57,385 nt of DNA, taken from the NCBI GenBank assembly GCA_001797665.1, contig MGQA01000109.1, positions 1-57,385 on the forward strand, given 5' to 3'. Under the pieces are notes generated by a model. The model had not been told where the DNA came from, ran no database searches, and saw only the letters and a list, made by a program, of their open reading frames with translations. Positions 9,278-18,021 of this stretch are shown piece by piece (the first letter of the stretch is position 1; every line of letters starts with the position of its first letter). Made by a program: the position numbers and the translations under genes. Source of the DNA: Deltaproteobacteria bacterium GWF2_42_12. GTDB lineage: Bacteria > Desulfobacterota > GWC2-55-46 > UBA9637.

Positions 9278-9601
9278 ACCCCGCTAAGCGGGGTTACACA
9301 GATTTTTGAAATACGATTACGCAGATTTATACAGAGCGACATAACTTCTCATACCCGCGTTGCCTGTCTGCGTGCGGACACGCACAGGCAGACTCCTCGG
9401 CTCGACCCGCTAAGCGGGTCTCGTCGTTGCGGCGTATGCTTAAAATACGCCTCACTCCTCGCTTTCGTAGCGCCCGGGGAACCCACGCGAAGCGTGGGTC
9501 GTGCCTTGTTCTGACGCCCTGTATGCGGAATTATTCATGACGCTCATAAAACCCCTATTGTGCTTTAATCTGTGTTATCTGCCTTTATAATCGGTGTAAT
9601 C
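9278..9601. repeat. composite nested repeat: GATTACACAGATT-type inverted arms enclosing five GC-rich hairpins
   Basis: Left arm TTACACAGATTTTTGAAATACGATTACGCAGATT (9294-9327). Right arm AATCTGTGTTATCTGCCTTTATAATCGGTGTAATC (9567-9601). Internal hairpins include ACCCCGCTAAGCGGGGT, GACCCGCTAAGCGGGTC and CCCACGCGAAGCGTGGG. Confidence 0.6.
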
Positions 9602-9608
9602 TTTCATA

Positions 9609-11201
9609 TCATCTCTTTTTTTTACCTTGCATTCCTTTTCGCTTTTCATCTTTGTAGAGTTTGTACTCAAGACTGTCCACAAGCGCCTGCCAGCTCGCCT
9701 CAATCACATTCTCAGAAACTCCGACAGTGCCCCATTTTTCCTTTCCATCCCCTGACTCTACGAGCACTCTGACAGACGCAGCCGTCCCTTTGCCTGCGGT
9801 CAACACCCTTACCTTGAAATCAAGGAGTTCAACATCTTTAAGGCTGGGATAAAATTTTTCAAGCGCCTTTCGCAGGGCGTTATCAAGGGCGTTCACAGGG
9901 CCATTTCCCTCGCTTGCTGTATGCTCAACCTTGCCATCAACTTCAAGCTTTATCGTAGCCTCAGCATATGGCGGTTCAACCTCCTTTTTCTTTTCATCAA
10001 TGACTCTGAAACCGAGGAGTTTAAAGTATTTTTTTCTGGCCTTCATGGCCTTCTGCATCAAAAGCTCGAATGACGCCTCTGCGCCTTCATACTGAAAGCC
10101 CTTATGCTCAAGCTCTTTAAGGGTCTTGAGTATACTCTGGATAATTGGGTCTTTGCTCTTTATGTCAATGCCAAACTCCTGCGCCTTATACAAGACATTT
10201 GATTTTCCAGAAAGGTCAGAAACAAGAACCCTCTGATGATTGCCAACCAAATCAGGCTTGACATGCTCATATGTATCAGGCCTTTTCAGTACCGCGCTTA
10301 CATGCACGCCGCCTTTATGCGCGAAGGCGCTGTCTCCAACATAGGCCTGATGTTTATTGTGAGGCAGGTTTGCCAACTCATAGATAAACCTGGATGTCTC
10401 TCTTAGCTTTCTTAACTGCTCAGAGCTTATGCAGTCTATTCCCATTTTTAATTTGAGATTAGGAATGATAGAACAGAGATTCGCATTTCCGCACCTCTCG
10501 CCAAAACCATTTATAGTTCCGTGCACCTGAACAGCGCCTTCTTTTACAGCAAGGACGGAGTTTGCAACAGCGGTCTCTGAATCATTATGGGCATGGATGC
10601 CCAGTGGCGCATTTACATGATGCTTTACATCCCTCATAATCTCAATTAGCTCATCAGGCAATGTCCCACCGTTTGTATCGCATAAGATAAGACACTCTGC
10701 TCCGCCTTCCTGCGCAGCCTTGAGCGTTTTTAAGGCATATTCAGGATTTGCCTTATATCCATCAAAGAAATGCTCAGCATCATAAAAGACCTCTTCTACT
10801 TTATCTTTTAGATAACTGAGCGAGTCACGGATAAGTTCAAGATTTTCATCTAAAGAGATTTTTAATGCCTCTTTTACGTGCAGATCCCATGACTTGCCAA
10901 ATATCGTTATAGCCTTAGTATTTGCCTTTAAAAGCGCCTTTATGTTGGAATCATCCTTTGCCTTTGCGCCTGCCCTTTTTGTGCTGCCAAAGGCAACGAG
11001 TCTGGCATTGTATAGCTTCACGTTCTGCATTTCTTTAAAGAACTGAATATCCCTCGGGTTTGAGCCAGGCCATCCGCCCTCAATATAATGGATGCCGAGT
11101 TCATCCAACTTCTGGGTAATCCGGATCTTATCCTCAACAGAGAAATTTATATCCTCTGCCTGAGTGCCATCTCTTAATGTTGTATCGTAGAGTTTAAACA
11201 T
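9609..11201 (-). CDS. cimA: (R)-citramalate synthase / 2-isopropylmalate synthase family
   Basis: 530 aa. [21 protein letters not shown]... is an HMGL-like TIM barrel. [13 protein letters not shown] metal site. C-terminal LeuA-type regulatory domain. Confidence 0.8.
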   Translation of the reverse strand: MFKLYDTTLRDGTQAEDINFSVEDKIRITQKLDELGIHYIEGGWPGSNPRDIQFFKEMQNVKLYNARLVAFGSTKRAGAKAKDDSNIKALLKANTKAITIFGKSWDLHVKEALKISLDENLELIRDSLSYLKDKVEEVFYDAEHFFDGYKANPEYALKTLKAAQEGGAECLILCDTNGGTLPDELIEIMRDVKHHVNAPLGIHAHNDSETAVANSVLAVKEGAVQVHGTINGFGERCGNANLCSIIPNLKLKMGIDCISSEQLRKLRETSRFIYELANLPHNKHQAYVGDSAFAHKGGVHVSAVLKRPDTYEHVKPDLVGNHQRVLVSDLSGKSNVLYKAQEFGIDIKSKDPIIQSILKTLKELEHKGFQYEGAEASFELLMQKAMKARKKYFKLLGFRVIDEKKKEVEPPYAEATIKLEVDGKVEHTASEGNGPVNALDNALRKALEKFYPSLKDVELLDFKVRVLTAGKGTAASVRVLVESGDGKEKWGTVGVSENVIEASWQALVDSLEYKLYKDEKRKGMQGKKKR

Positions 11202-11264
11202 AAGTTATCCTTTTTGGCATACTCCAACGGCAAAGTAAAAAGCTCCAGATGCAAGGCGGAATAA

Positions 11265-11317
11265 GTAGCGTGGGGGTTTATCCCCCACCAACAGCCGACC
11301 ATAAAGGTCGGCGCTAC
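11265..11317. repeat. Y-shaped double-hairpin element between lysC and cimA
   Basis: GTAGCG-[GTGGGGGTTTATCCCCCAC]-caaca-[GCCGACCATAAAGGTCGGC]-CGCTAC. The nearby TCCGCCTCAGGCGGA (about 11364-11378) recurs as TCCGCCTAAGGCGGA (about 24079) and TCCGCCTTAGGCGGA (about 34341). Confidence 0.5.
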
Positions 11318-11415
11318 AGAGTATGTTGAGCGAAGAAGCCGCAGCCAATGCCGAGATTCCTCTCCGCCTCAGGCGGATCAGAACAGGCTCCGCAGATGGA
11401 CTTTTTACGAAGCCG

Positions 11416-12651
11416 CTACCTCTCCTCCTCCACATCTTCCTTCCCCAACCCAAACGCATCATGCAAAGCCCTTACCGCAAGTTCAGTATACTTTGCATCT
11501 ATAACAGCGGATATCTTTATCTCTGATGTTGAAATCATCTGGATATTGATATTTTCCTTTGCCATGGTCTCAAACATTTTAGATGCAACACCAGCATGAC
11601 TTCTCATGCCAGCGCCAACAATAGAAACCTTCGCAATATTTATATCAGAGAGCACCTTTCCTGCCTTTAATTCTTTTGCAGTCTTCTCTACAAGCTGTAA
11701 CGCCTTCTTAAAATCAGCCTTTGATACCGTGAATGTCAAATCTGTATGTGCATCATGGCTCACATTCTGCACAATCATATCAACATTTATATTTGCTTTT
11801 GTAAGCGGCGCAAAAAGCTTTGCCGCAATGCCTGGCCTGTCAGGCACTTTTGCCACTGTTATCTTTGCTTCGTCTTTATTATATGTTACGCCAGAAACAA
11901 TTACCTTTTCCATGTCTTTATCCTCCTTAGTAACTAATGTCCCTTCCGCATCCGTAAAGGACGATTTCACAAGCATAGGGACATCATACTTCTTTGCAAA
12001 CTCAACAGACCTTGTCTGTAAAACCTTTGCACCCATGCTTGCCATCTCAAGCATCTCGTCATAAGAAACCTTTTTTAACTTCCTTGCATCAGGGCATATA
12101 TTAGGGTCTGTTGTATAAACACCTTCCACATCCGTGTATATCTCGCACACATCTGCCTTGAGCGCTGCTGCAAGGGCAACCGCTGTTGTATCAGAACCGC
12201 CTCTGCCAAGTGTTGTTATATTGCCTTCTTTATCAACTCCCTGGAATCCTGCAATAACAACGACATTTCCTTTTTTGAGCTCAGAAAGTATTCTACTAAT
12301 CTCTATCTCTTCAATCCTTGCCTTGCTGAATGCGCTATCCGTTATAATCGGTATCTGATGGCCGAGAAATGATTTTGCACCAAAACCTAAATCCTGAAGC
12401 GCAAGCGCCAGAAGCCCTATGGTAACCTGCTCGCCTGTTGCCACAACAACATCATATTCCCTGCCAATGGGAAACTCCTTCATCTGATTCGCCAGATCAA
12501 CCAGCTTATTGGTCTCCCCAGACATGGCAGATACAACCACAATCACCTTATGCCCTTTCCTTTTTGTCTGCGCAACCCTTATAGCAACATTTCTAATTCT
12601 TTCTATATTACCAACAGATGTGCCGCCGTATTTCTGGACTATTAAGGTCAT
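11416..12651 (-). CDS. lysC: aspartate kinase
   Basis: 411 aa. [17 protein letters not shown]-terminus, AAK fold motifs ([11 protein letters not shown]) and two C-terminal ACT-like segments. Confidence 0.9.
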   Translation of the reverse strand: MTLIVQKYGGTSVGNIERIRNVAIRVAQTKRKGHKVIVVVSAMSGETNKLVDLANQMKEFPIGREYDVVVATGEQVTIGLLALALQDLGFGAKSFLGHQIPIITDSAFSKARIEEIEISRILSELKKGNVVVIAGFQGVDKEGNITTLGRGGSDTTAVALAAALKADVCEIYTDVEGVYTTDPNICPDARKLKKVSYDEMLEMASMGAKVLQTRSVEFAKKYDVPMLVKSSFTDAEGTLVTKEDKDMEKVIVSGVTYNKDEAKITVAKVPDRPGIAAKLFAPLTKANINVDMIVQNVSHDAHTDLTFTVSKADFKKALQLVEKTAKELKAGKVLSDINIAKVSIVGAGMRSHAGVASKMFETMAKENINIQMISTSEIKISAVIDAKYTELAVRALHDAFGLGKEDVEEER

Positions 12652-12697
12652 TGTTTTCTCCTACGAAAAGATGTTCTTAATAACTGTGAATCATATC

Positions 12698-13102
12698 TTA
12701 CAGCCAGTTTTCTACTCTTAGCAGCAGAACTTTGGAAAAATGCCGTACATTCCCCGTAATAATCATTAAATTATTGTGTAACGCAATTGCAGCTATTCTC
12801 ATATCCGGTTCTGATAATGATATTCCTTTTTTCTCTAACTCTGCCCTCATTTTCCCATATACCTTTGCCGAACCTTCATCAAACGATAATATCTGGATAT
12901 TCGGCCATACTACGGTTTCCAGTTTCTCTAAAAAATAAGCAGGGCGATTGCTTTTATAAGCACCATATATCAGTTCGCCAACGGTTATCGTAGTTGTAAA
13001 CTGTTCTTCTGGTGAGATAGATGCCAGCTTCTTAATGAAAGGCAGTGAGGGGTTACGTTTGATTATATGGCTTATTGTGTCTGTATCAAAAAGATACATC
13101 AC
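12698..13102 (-). CDS. vapC: type II toxin VapC (PIN domain)
   Basis: 134 aa. MYLFDTDTISHII..., ...TVGELIYGA..., ...DMRIAAIALHNNLMIITGNVRHF is the canonical VapC pattern. 4-nt overlap with the upstream antitoxin. Confidence 0.85.
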   Translation of the reverse strand: MMYLFDTDTISHIIKRNPSLPFIKKLASISPEEQFTTTITVGELIYGAYKSNRPAYFLEKLETVVWPNIQILSFDEGSAKVYGKMRAELEKKGISLSEPDMRIAAIALHNNLMIITGNVRHFSKVLLLRVENWL

Positions 13103-13392
13103 AAAACCCCTTTTATCTTTCGGTCTCTGGCTTCTCCCCTCTTTTTGTAAATAAGCGCGATAATTTTATCCAACTCCTTAAAATCATCCCATGCACCTAA
13201 TGCGGCCAGCAGACCTTTTCTTTTCTCTTTTTGTTTTTGTTTTTCAATAAGTTCAAGTTCTTTTATACTCACCATAGCTGCCATTGGTTTGCCTTTCCGC
13301 TCAATAACGAAGTGTTCCCCCTCCTTACTTACTTCGCTTACTACCTCAGAAAAATGCCTCTTTACCTCGGCGACCCCTATTGTCTTTGACAT
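13099..13392 (-). CDS. Phd/YefM-type antitoxin
   Basis: 97 aa. IGVAEVKRHFSEVVSEVSKEGEHFVIERKGKPMAAMVSIKE is the Phd/YefM N-terminal fold pattern. Overlaps the vapC start. Confidence 0.7.
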   Translation of the reverse strand: MSKTIGVAEVKRHFSEVVSEVSKEGEHFVIERKGKPMAAMVSIKELELIEKQKQKEKRKGLLAALGAWDDFKELDKIIALIYKKRGEARDRKIKGVL

Positions 13393-13412
13393 AATCTTGA
13401 CCTCCCATTATG

Positions 13413-13454
13413 ATGTCATAATGACATTATGACATCTAAGATAGCCATAGTCAA
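13413..13454 (-). promoter_or_regulatory. sigma70-like promoter with a perfect 23-bp palindromic operator upstream of the phd-vapC pair
   Basis: Minus strand reads TTGACT-N17-CATAAT (-35 at 13449-13454, -10 at 13426-13431). The palindrome ATGTCATAATG-T-CATTATGACAT (13413-13435) overlaps the -10. GGGAGG SD precedes the ATG at 13392. Confidence 0.5.
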
Positions 13455-13527
13455 ATTATTTTTAGTCCGCAACTTCAAACTCAAGATTTGAGCCGAGCAT
13501 ATAATATTTCCGTTTCTCAATTCACGC

Positions 13528-14931
13528 TCAAGAATGCGACTTTTTCCTCCCTATCTTATGTATCGCCATCCCATGCACATCCTCGGCCGCCTCCAAAACA
13601 ATCTCTGGCAACGTGGGGTGCGCATGAATTGTCTCTATTATATGCTTTAATTTCCCACCGCCCTTTACCACAATCGCCGCCTCGCCTATCAAATCCGTTG
13701 CATGGGCTCCTACTATAGTCGCGCCAAGAACCCTTTCCGTGCCTTCCTCAACAATTATCTGCATGAACCCTTCTGACTCACCCATTGTCAACGCCTTTCC
13801 GCTTGCGGCATACGGAAATCTTCCGATACTCACCTTAATCCCCTTTTCCTCCGCGTCCTTTTCTCTCAGACCCACGCTTGCTATCTCCGGGTCTGTAAAG
13901 ATGCCTGCAGGCACTGCTGAATAATCCATCCATTTTTCCTTGCCAAGGGCGTTTTCCACCGCAACGATTGCGCCTGCGCTTGCAATATGCGCAAGCAGCA
14001 TCCTGCCTGTCACATCGCCGATGGCATATATCCCCTTAACACTGGTCTCCATCTTGTCATTTACCTTTATCCTCCCCTTTTCCATCTCCACACCCGCTTT
14101 ATCAAGCCCTATGCCTGCAGAATTGAAACTCCTCCCGATTGTAACAAGCACCTTTTCAGTTAAAAATTCCTTTCCGCCTTTGAGCCTTGTCTTAACCCCG
14201 CCGGCTGTCTTCTCAACGCTTTCAACATTTGCCTCTGTATAGACCTCAATACCTGCATCGTTGAATGCCTTTGCAATCACCCTCACCACCTGCTTATCCT
14301 CTGTTGAAAGAATGGTGGGAAGCAGCTCAACAACCTTAACAGAGCTTCCGAACTTAGAAAATATGTTTGCAAACTCGCACCCCATCACGCCGCCGCCGAT
14401 TATCAGAATGTCCTTCGGCACCTTTTTAAGATTCAATGCCTCAGTTGAGGTGATGATATTTTCCTTATCAATATTAAATACAGGTATCATCGCAGGCTCA
14501 GAGCCTGTGGCAATGATGATGCTCTTTGCGCCAATAACCTCTGTTGAGCCATCCTTTTTCTCAACCTTGACCCTGCCGACTGCCTCAATAGAACCGGTTC
14601 CATTCATAACCGTAATGCCGTTCCCCTTGAGGAGCTGTCCAACGCCGCCCACAAGTTTTTTTACAACATCATCTTTTCTCTCAACAGCCCTTGCAATGTC
14701 AAAGCTCACCTCGCCTGCATTTACGCCAAATTCAGCAGCTTTTTTAACTGTGGAAAGTGTCTTGGCCGAATAATAAAGCGCCTTTGTGGGAATGCACCCC
14801 CTGTTAAGGCATGTGCCGCCGAGTGTATCCTTTTCAATAAGCGCCGCCTTTGCGCCAAGCTGCGCTGCCCTTATAGCGCCAACATATCCTCCTGGTCCGC
14901 CGCCAATTATAACAACATCAAATTCCTGCAT
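13528..14931 (-). CDS. lpdA: dihydrolipoyl dehydrogenase
   Basis: 467 aa. VVIIGGGPGGY FAD motif, redox-active GGTCLNRGCIPTK, second dinucleotide fold IIGGGVMGCEF and C-terminal HAHPTLPE. Confidence 0.9.
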   Translation of the reverse strand: MQEFDVVIIGGGPGGYVGAIRAAQLGAKAALIEKDTLGGTCLNRGCIPTKALYYSAKTLSTVKKAAEFGVNAGEVSFDIARAVERKDDVVKKLVGGVGQLLKGNGITVMNGTGSIEAVGRVKVEKKDGSTEVIGAKSIIIATGSEPAMIPVFNIDKENIITSTEALNLKKVPKDILIIGGGVMGCEFANIFSKFGSSVKVVELLPTILSTEDKQVVRVIAKAFNDAGIEVYTEANVESVEKTAGGVKTRLKGGKEFLTEKVLVTIGRSFNSAGIGLDKAGVEMEKGRIKVNDKMETSVKGIYAIGDVTGRMLLAHIASAGAIVAVENALGKEKWMDYSAVPAGIFTDPEIASVGLREKDAEEKGIKVSIGRFPYAASGKALTMGESEGFMQIIVEEGTERVLGATIVGAHATDLIGEAAIVVKGGGKLKHIIETIHAHPTLPEIVLEAAEDVHGMAIHKIGRKKSHS

Positions 14932-14950
14932 TAAGCCTCCATAAATACGA

Positions 14951-15038
14951 ATTACACAGATTTTTGAAAAGCGATTACACTGATTAAAGCGTTTACTTTA
15001 TCCGAATCTGTGTAATCCATTTTATAATCTGCGTAATC
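14951..15038. repeat. minimal copy of the GATTACACAGATT inverted-repeat element
   Basis: ATTACACAGATTTTTGAAAAGCGATTACACTGATT (14951-14985) faces AATCTGTGTAATCCATTTTATAATCTGCGTAATC (15005-15038). Same arms as the 9294/9567 copy. A one-armed remnant lies at 24793-24832. Confidence 0.6.
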
Positions 15039-15413
15039 ATAGTATCTCCCAAATTACAAATCCCAAACAATACCCAATAATCAATGACCATAAACCAAAA
15101 CAGCTTACTCAGCTATTACATTTCAGCTTCAGTAGGTAACATATTTCAAGGAATATTTAAAGAGAAAATGATTGAATCAACATACTTGATATGATATTAA
15201 CAGTCTCGTAATAGTAACAATATGCTTATGGCTTTTATAAAATCTGACCAACCAATTTTGTCATGTCATCGTGACAGGTTTATTTATTTGACCTAAAATC
15301 AGCCAAAAATGATGCTGCGACATAAAAAAAATGTTATGCGGCATAAAAAGATGCACTCATAATCGGTAAACATGATATACTAAAACAAAACATATTTTAT
15401 GGGGAGGGTAAAC

Positions 15414-15632
15414 ATGATAAAGACCAAGGAACTTTTTGACAAAGCAGTTTCGCTACCAGTTGAGATTAGGGCGCAACTTGTAGATAAACTTCTCCGAAGC
15501 CTTCATCCCTTTCAGAAAGAAATAGATGAATTATGGGCAGCGGAGGCGGAAAAGAGGGTTAAAGAAATAAAAAGTGGTAAAGTAAAAACGATACCAGGTG
15601 ATGAAGTATTTAAGAAAATACTTGGCAGGTAA
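15414..15632 (+). CDS. putative addiction module antidote component (antitoxin)
   Basis: MIKTKELFDKAVSLPVEIRAQLVDKLLRSL...ELWAAEAEKRVKEIKSGKVKTIPGDEVFKKI matches the addiction-module-component family pattern. GGGGAGGG SD precedes this ATG. The ORF track starts 15 nt earlier. Confidence 0.65.
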   Translation: MIKTKELFDKAVSLPVEIRAQLVDKLLRSLHPFQKEIDELWAAEAEKRVKEIKSGKVKTIPGDEVFKKILGR

Positions 15633-15637
15633 AGTTC

Positions 15638-15943
15638 TTGAAATATTCTTTCCATCCCGATGCCGAAAAGGAGTTAAATGAGGCTATCGCTTATTATAAC
15701 GAGTGCCAAAATGGTCTCGGATTAGAATTTGCAAAAGAACTCTACTTGTCAATTCAAAACATTCTTTCCTTTCCCCATGCTTGGGCTCCACTTTCTGCAA
15801 ATACCAGAAGATGTTTGACAAATCGTTTCCCTTACGGGGTTATATACCAAATTACAGATGAAGAGGTGTTTATAATCGCTGTGATGTACCTCAACAGAGA
15901 ACCCAGCTATTGGAAAAATAGGGGAAAAAGGCATAATAAATAA
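15638..15943 (+). CDS. RelE/ParE family toxin
   Basis: 101 aa with a TTG start 6 nt after the antitoxin stop. YSFHPDAEKELNEAIAYY...RRCLTNRFPYGVIYQITDEEVFIIAVMY is the ParE/RelE plasmid-stabilisation pattern. Confidence 0.7.
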   Translation: MKYSFHPDAEKELNEAIAYYNECQNGLGLEFAKELYLSIQNILSFPHAWAPLSANTRRCLTNRFPYGVIYQITDEEVFIIAVMYLNREPSYWKNRGKRHNK

Positions 15944-16032
15944 ATCCACTTAATGTGTTAATATACTTCGCTGATTTAAGTCGTTCCAAGATAAAATATC
16001 CACTCTTTTGAATCTGAAAGATAGGGGGTATT

Positions 16033-16725
16033 GTGAAAACTAATCTACATATAAGACAGTTACTCATCATAATCTCTGTATTCGCATTGCTGTCATATCC
16101 CATAACAGGTTGGTCAGACGAACATAAACATAAAGCACCCCTTTCCCAGCAGAGATTCAATGAAATTCAGAAATGGATTGATATCTTTGAGGCGCCTGAA
16201 AGGGCTGAATGGCAGAAACCTGACGAAGTAGTGAAAAAACTGGAGCTTAAACCCGGAGATATTGTTGCTGACATTGGCGCTGGCACAGGGTATTTTACGC
16301 GCCTCTTTGCAGCGGCTGTTGGGCCTGAAGGCAAGGCCATAGGCCTGGATATAGAGCCGGCCATGGTTGAATATATGAAAGAAGATGCCCAAAAACGAGG
16401 TCTAAAAAATTATGAAGCCCAGGTAGTTAAGCCGGATGATGCAGAAGTTCCTTCAAAGTCTGTTGATGTCATATTCATCTGCAACACATATCATCATATT
16501 AAAGACAGGGTAAGCTATTTAAAGAAGCTGGCGAGTGCGCTTAAACCTGATGGCAGGGTTGTGATTGTTGATTTTTACAAAAAGCCTTTGCCTGTAGGTC
16601 CGCAATCGGTTGCCCACAAAATATCTGAGGAGGATGTGAAAAAGGAGTTCAAGAAAGCCGGTTACCGTCTTATAAAATCACTGGACTTTCTGCCCTATCA
16701 GTACTATCTGGAGTTTTCTTTATAA
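16033..16725 (+). CDS. class I SAM-dependent methyltransferase with N-terminal hydrophobic anchor or signal
   Basis: Motif I VADIGAGTGYFT, later DVIFICNTYHHI and LKPDGRVVIVDF. The first 25 aa or so are hydrophobic (LLIIISVFALLSYPITG). Confidence 0.75.
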   Translation: MKTNLHIRQLLIIISVFALLSYPITGWSDEHKHKAPLSQQRFNEIQKWIDIFEAPERAEWQKPDEVVKKLELKPGDIVADIGAGTGYFTRLFAAAVGPEGKAIGLDIEPAMVEYMKEDAQKRGLKNYEAQVVKPDDAEVPSKSVDVIFICNTYHHIKDRVSYLKKLASALKPDGRVVIVDFYKKPLPVGPQSVAHKISEEDVKKEFKKAGYRLIKSLDFLPYQYYLEFSL

Positions 16726-16776
16726 TAAGAAAGTAAATGTATGTGTCGACAATTACCATTCCCAATTACCACAATC

Positions 16777-17238
16777 TCACCTCTTTAAGAACTCCTTCGG
16801 CGTTACAACCTCTGCATTCATCTTTCCGGTAAAATGCTCCTTATCCCATGTCACAAAATGCGACGCATTGGGAATATATGCCGTCACCGATGCAATGGTC
16901 AGGGCATCACCGAAACTTGCCCTTTGCGTCATGACATCCATAATATCTTTTATATTCAATTCAGGCAGATGGCCATCAAGTGAAAAAGACGGAATAATAT
17001 CTATATTGTATCTCCGTGGAAAGTATCCGTAAAATTCCAGCAACTGCCTCTCGTTCAGGTTAAATGATAATATCCCCACTATTTCAAGAAGATTGATAAG
17101 AGATACAACGCCGCGCCGCTTCGCAGCGACCAGCTTCAAGAATCTGCTGTTGACAGCGAAATTTCTGTCGCTCTGATATCGCAGGTCTATGATAAAGATA
17201 TTGCTGTCAATGACAACTACTTCCGCCTTCTTGACCAT
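16777..17238 (-). CDS. PIN-domain toxin
   Basis: VVVIDSNIFIIDL..., ...LLEIVGILS..., ...FGDALTIASVTAY.. are PIN-like acidic positions. Start set at MVKKAEV. Overlaps the antitoxin 3' end. Confidence 0.6.
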   Translation of the reverse strand: MVKKAEVVVIDSNIFIIDLRYQSDRNFAVNSRFLKLVAAKRRGVVSLINLLEIVGILSFNLNERQLLEFYGYFPRRYNIDIIPSFSLDGHLPELNIKDIMDVMTQRASFGDALTIASVTAYIPNASHFVTWDKEHFTGKMNAEVVTPKEFLKR

Positions 17239-17480
17239 CGTATGCCTTCCTTCCATGTTTTAAATGCCGGCTTTGTCTTTTTTAAAGCATTTTCTATGTC
17301 TTTCCATGCCTCTTCAAATGGTCTTGCCACCATGCGGACTTTTTTCTTTGCCTCGTTGAAAGACACAATGACAGCAGACGGTTTCCCGTGAAAAGTTACC
17401 ACCACCTCCTCCCCCTTTACCACAGCCCGCATCACCTCGCCGGTATGGTTTTTTAAGTCCTTTGCAGTCATGGTTTTCAT
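17217..17480 (-). CDS. Phd/YefM-type antitoxin
   Basis: 87 aa. MTAKDLKNHTGEVMRAVVKGEEVVVTFHGKPSAVIVSFNE is the Phd/YefM N-terminal pattern. Confidence 0.65.
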   Translation of the reverse strand: MKTMTAKDLKNHTGEVMRAVVKGEEVVVTFHGKPSAVIVSFNEAKKKVRMVARPFEEAWKDIENALKKTKPAFKTWKEGIRWSRRRK

Positions 17481-17494
17481 AGTCGGGCTCCTAA

Positions 17495-17540
17495 ATAGCT
17501 ATTTTAATAATAAAATAGCTATTATTCCTGTCTTTGTCAA
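17495..17540 (-). promoter_or_regulatory. candidate promoter and operator of the Phd/PIN pair
   Basis: Minus strand reads TTGACA (17535-17540)-N17-TATTTT. A perfect 12-bp inverted repeat ATAGCTATTTTA / TAAAATAGCTAT (17495-17506 and 17511-17522) sits just upstream of the AGGAG SD. Confidence 0.4.
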
Positions 17541-17551
17541 GAAAAAAGCGG

Positions 17552-18013
17552 TTACCGTTGCGTAATCTCTATCTTTCTCGTCCTTTCCCCTGTATAAAAA
17601 AATTTAATCAATAAATATCCATGTGGCAAAAAAGAATATGCCTTTTCTGCCCATTCAATTATGCAAACACCATCCCCATAGAGATATTCTTCTATTCCAA
17701 GTTCATATATTTCATTTACATCGCCGAGGCGGTAAAGGTCGAGATGATAAACTGGGAGACTCCCTTCATACTTATTAACAATTGTAAATGAAGGGCTTTT
17801 TACATAGCCCTTTACCCCGAGCCCCTGCACCAATCCCTGTGTAAATAAAGTCTTGCCTGTGCCAAGCTCTCCTGTAAGGGCAACCACATCTCCTACTTTA
17901 AGCCCCTCGCCTATCTTTCTGCCCAATTCTAGAGTTTCCTCTGGCGATGAGGTATGAAATGTTTCGGATTTCGGATTTCGGATTTCGGATTTTTTTTTAC
18001 CTTTTACCTTCAA
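17552..18013 (-). CDS. tsaE: tRNA threonylcarbamoyladenosine biosynthesis ATPase TsaE
   Basis: ALTGELGTGKTLFTQGL P-loop, ..SPSFTIVNKY.., ..HLDLYRL.. TTG start at 18013 preceded by GGTGA. The N-terminal extension is encoded by a heptamer array. Confidence 0.85.
   Translation of the reverse strand: MKVKGKKKSEIRNPKSETFHTSSPEETLELGRKIGEGLKVGDVVALTGELGTGKTLFTQGLVQGLGVKGYVKSPSFTIVNKYEGSLPVYHLDLYRLGDVNEIYELGIEEYLYGDGVCIIEWAEKAYSFLPHGYLLIKFFYTGERTRKIEITQR
17962..17989. repeat. perfect heptanucleotide array (TTTCGGA)x4 followed by T9, inside the tsaE 5' coding region
   Basis: The four units were counted directly from the sequence. They are translated as SEIRNPKSE. Confidence 0.9.
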
Positions 18014-18021
18014 CCTTTCAC

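Noticed and set aside
9278-9601. Possible CRISPR array, suggested by the many short GC-rich palindromes in an intergenic region.
   Set aside because: The hairpins differ in sequence, spacing is irregular, there are no identical direct repeats with uniform spacers, and no cas genes occur in the window.
11205-11462. ORFs 11205-11462, 31357-31614, 34457-34717, 18924-19377 and 23639-23908 as protein-coding genes.
   Set aside because: They are translations of repeat elements (hairpin clusters, octamer arrays) or antisense to the SmbP-like or nnr genes. They have no SD or start context and no motifs.
12652-12697. Lysine riboswitch or leader upstream of lysC.
   Set aside because: Only 46 nt separate the lysC start from the upstream vapC stop, which is far too short for an L-box.
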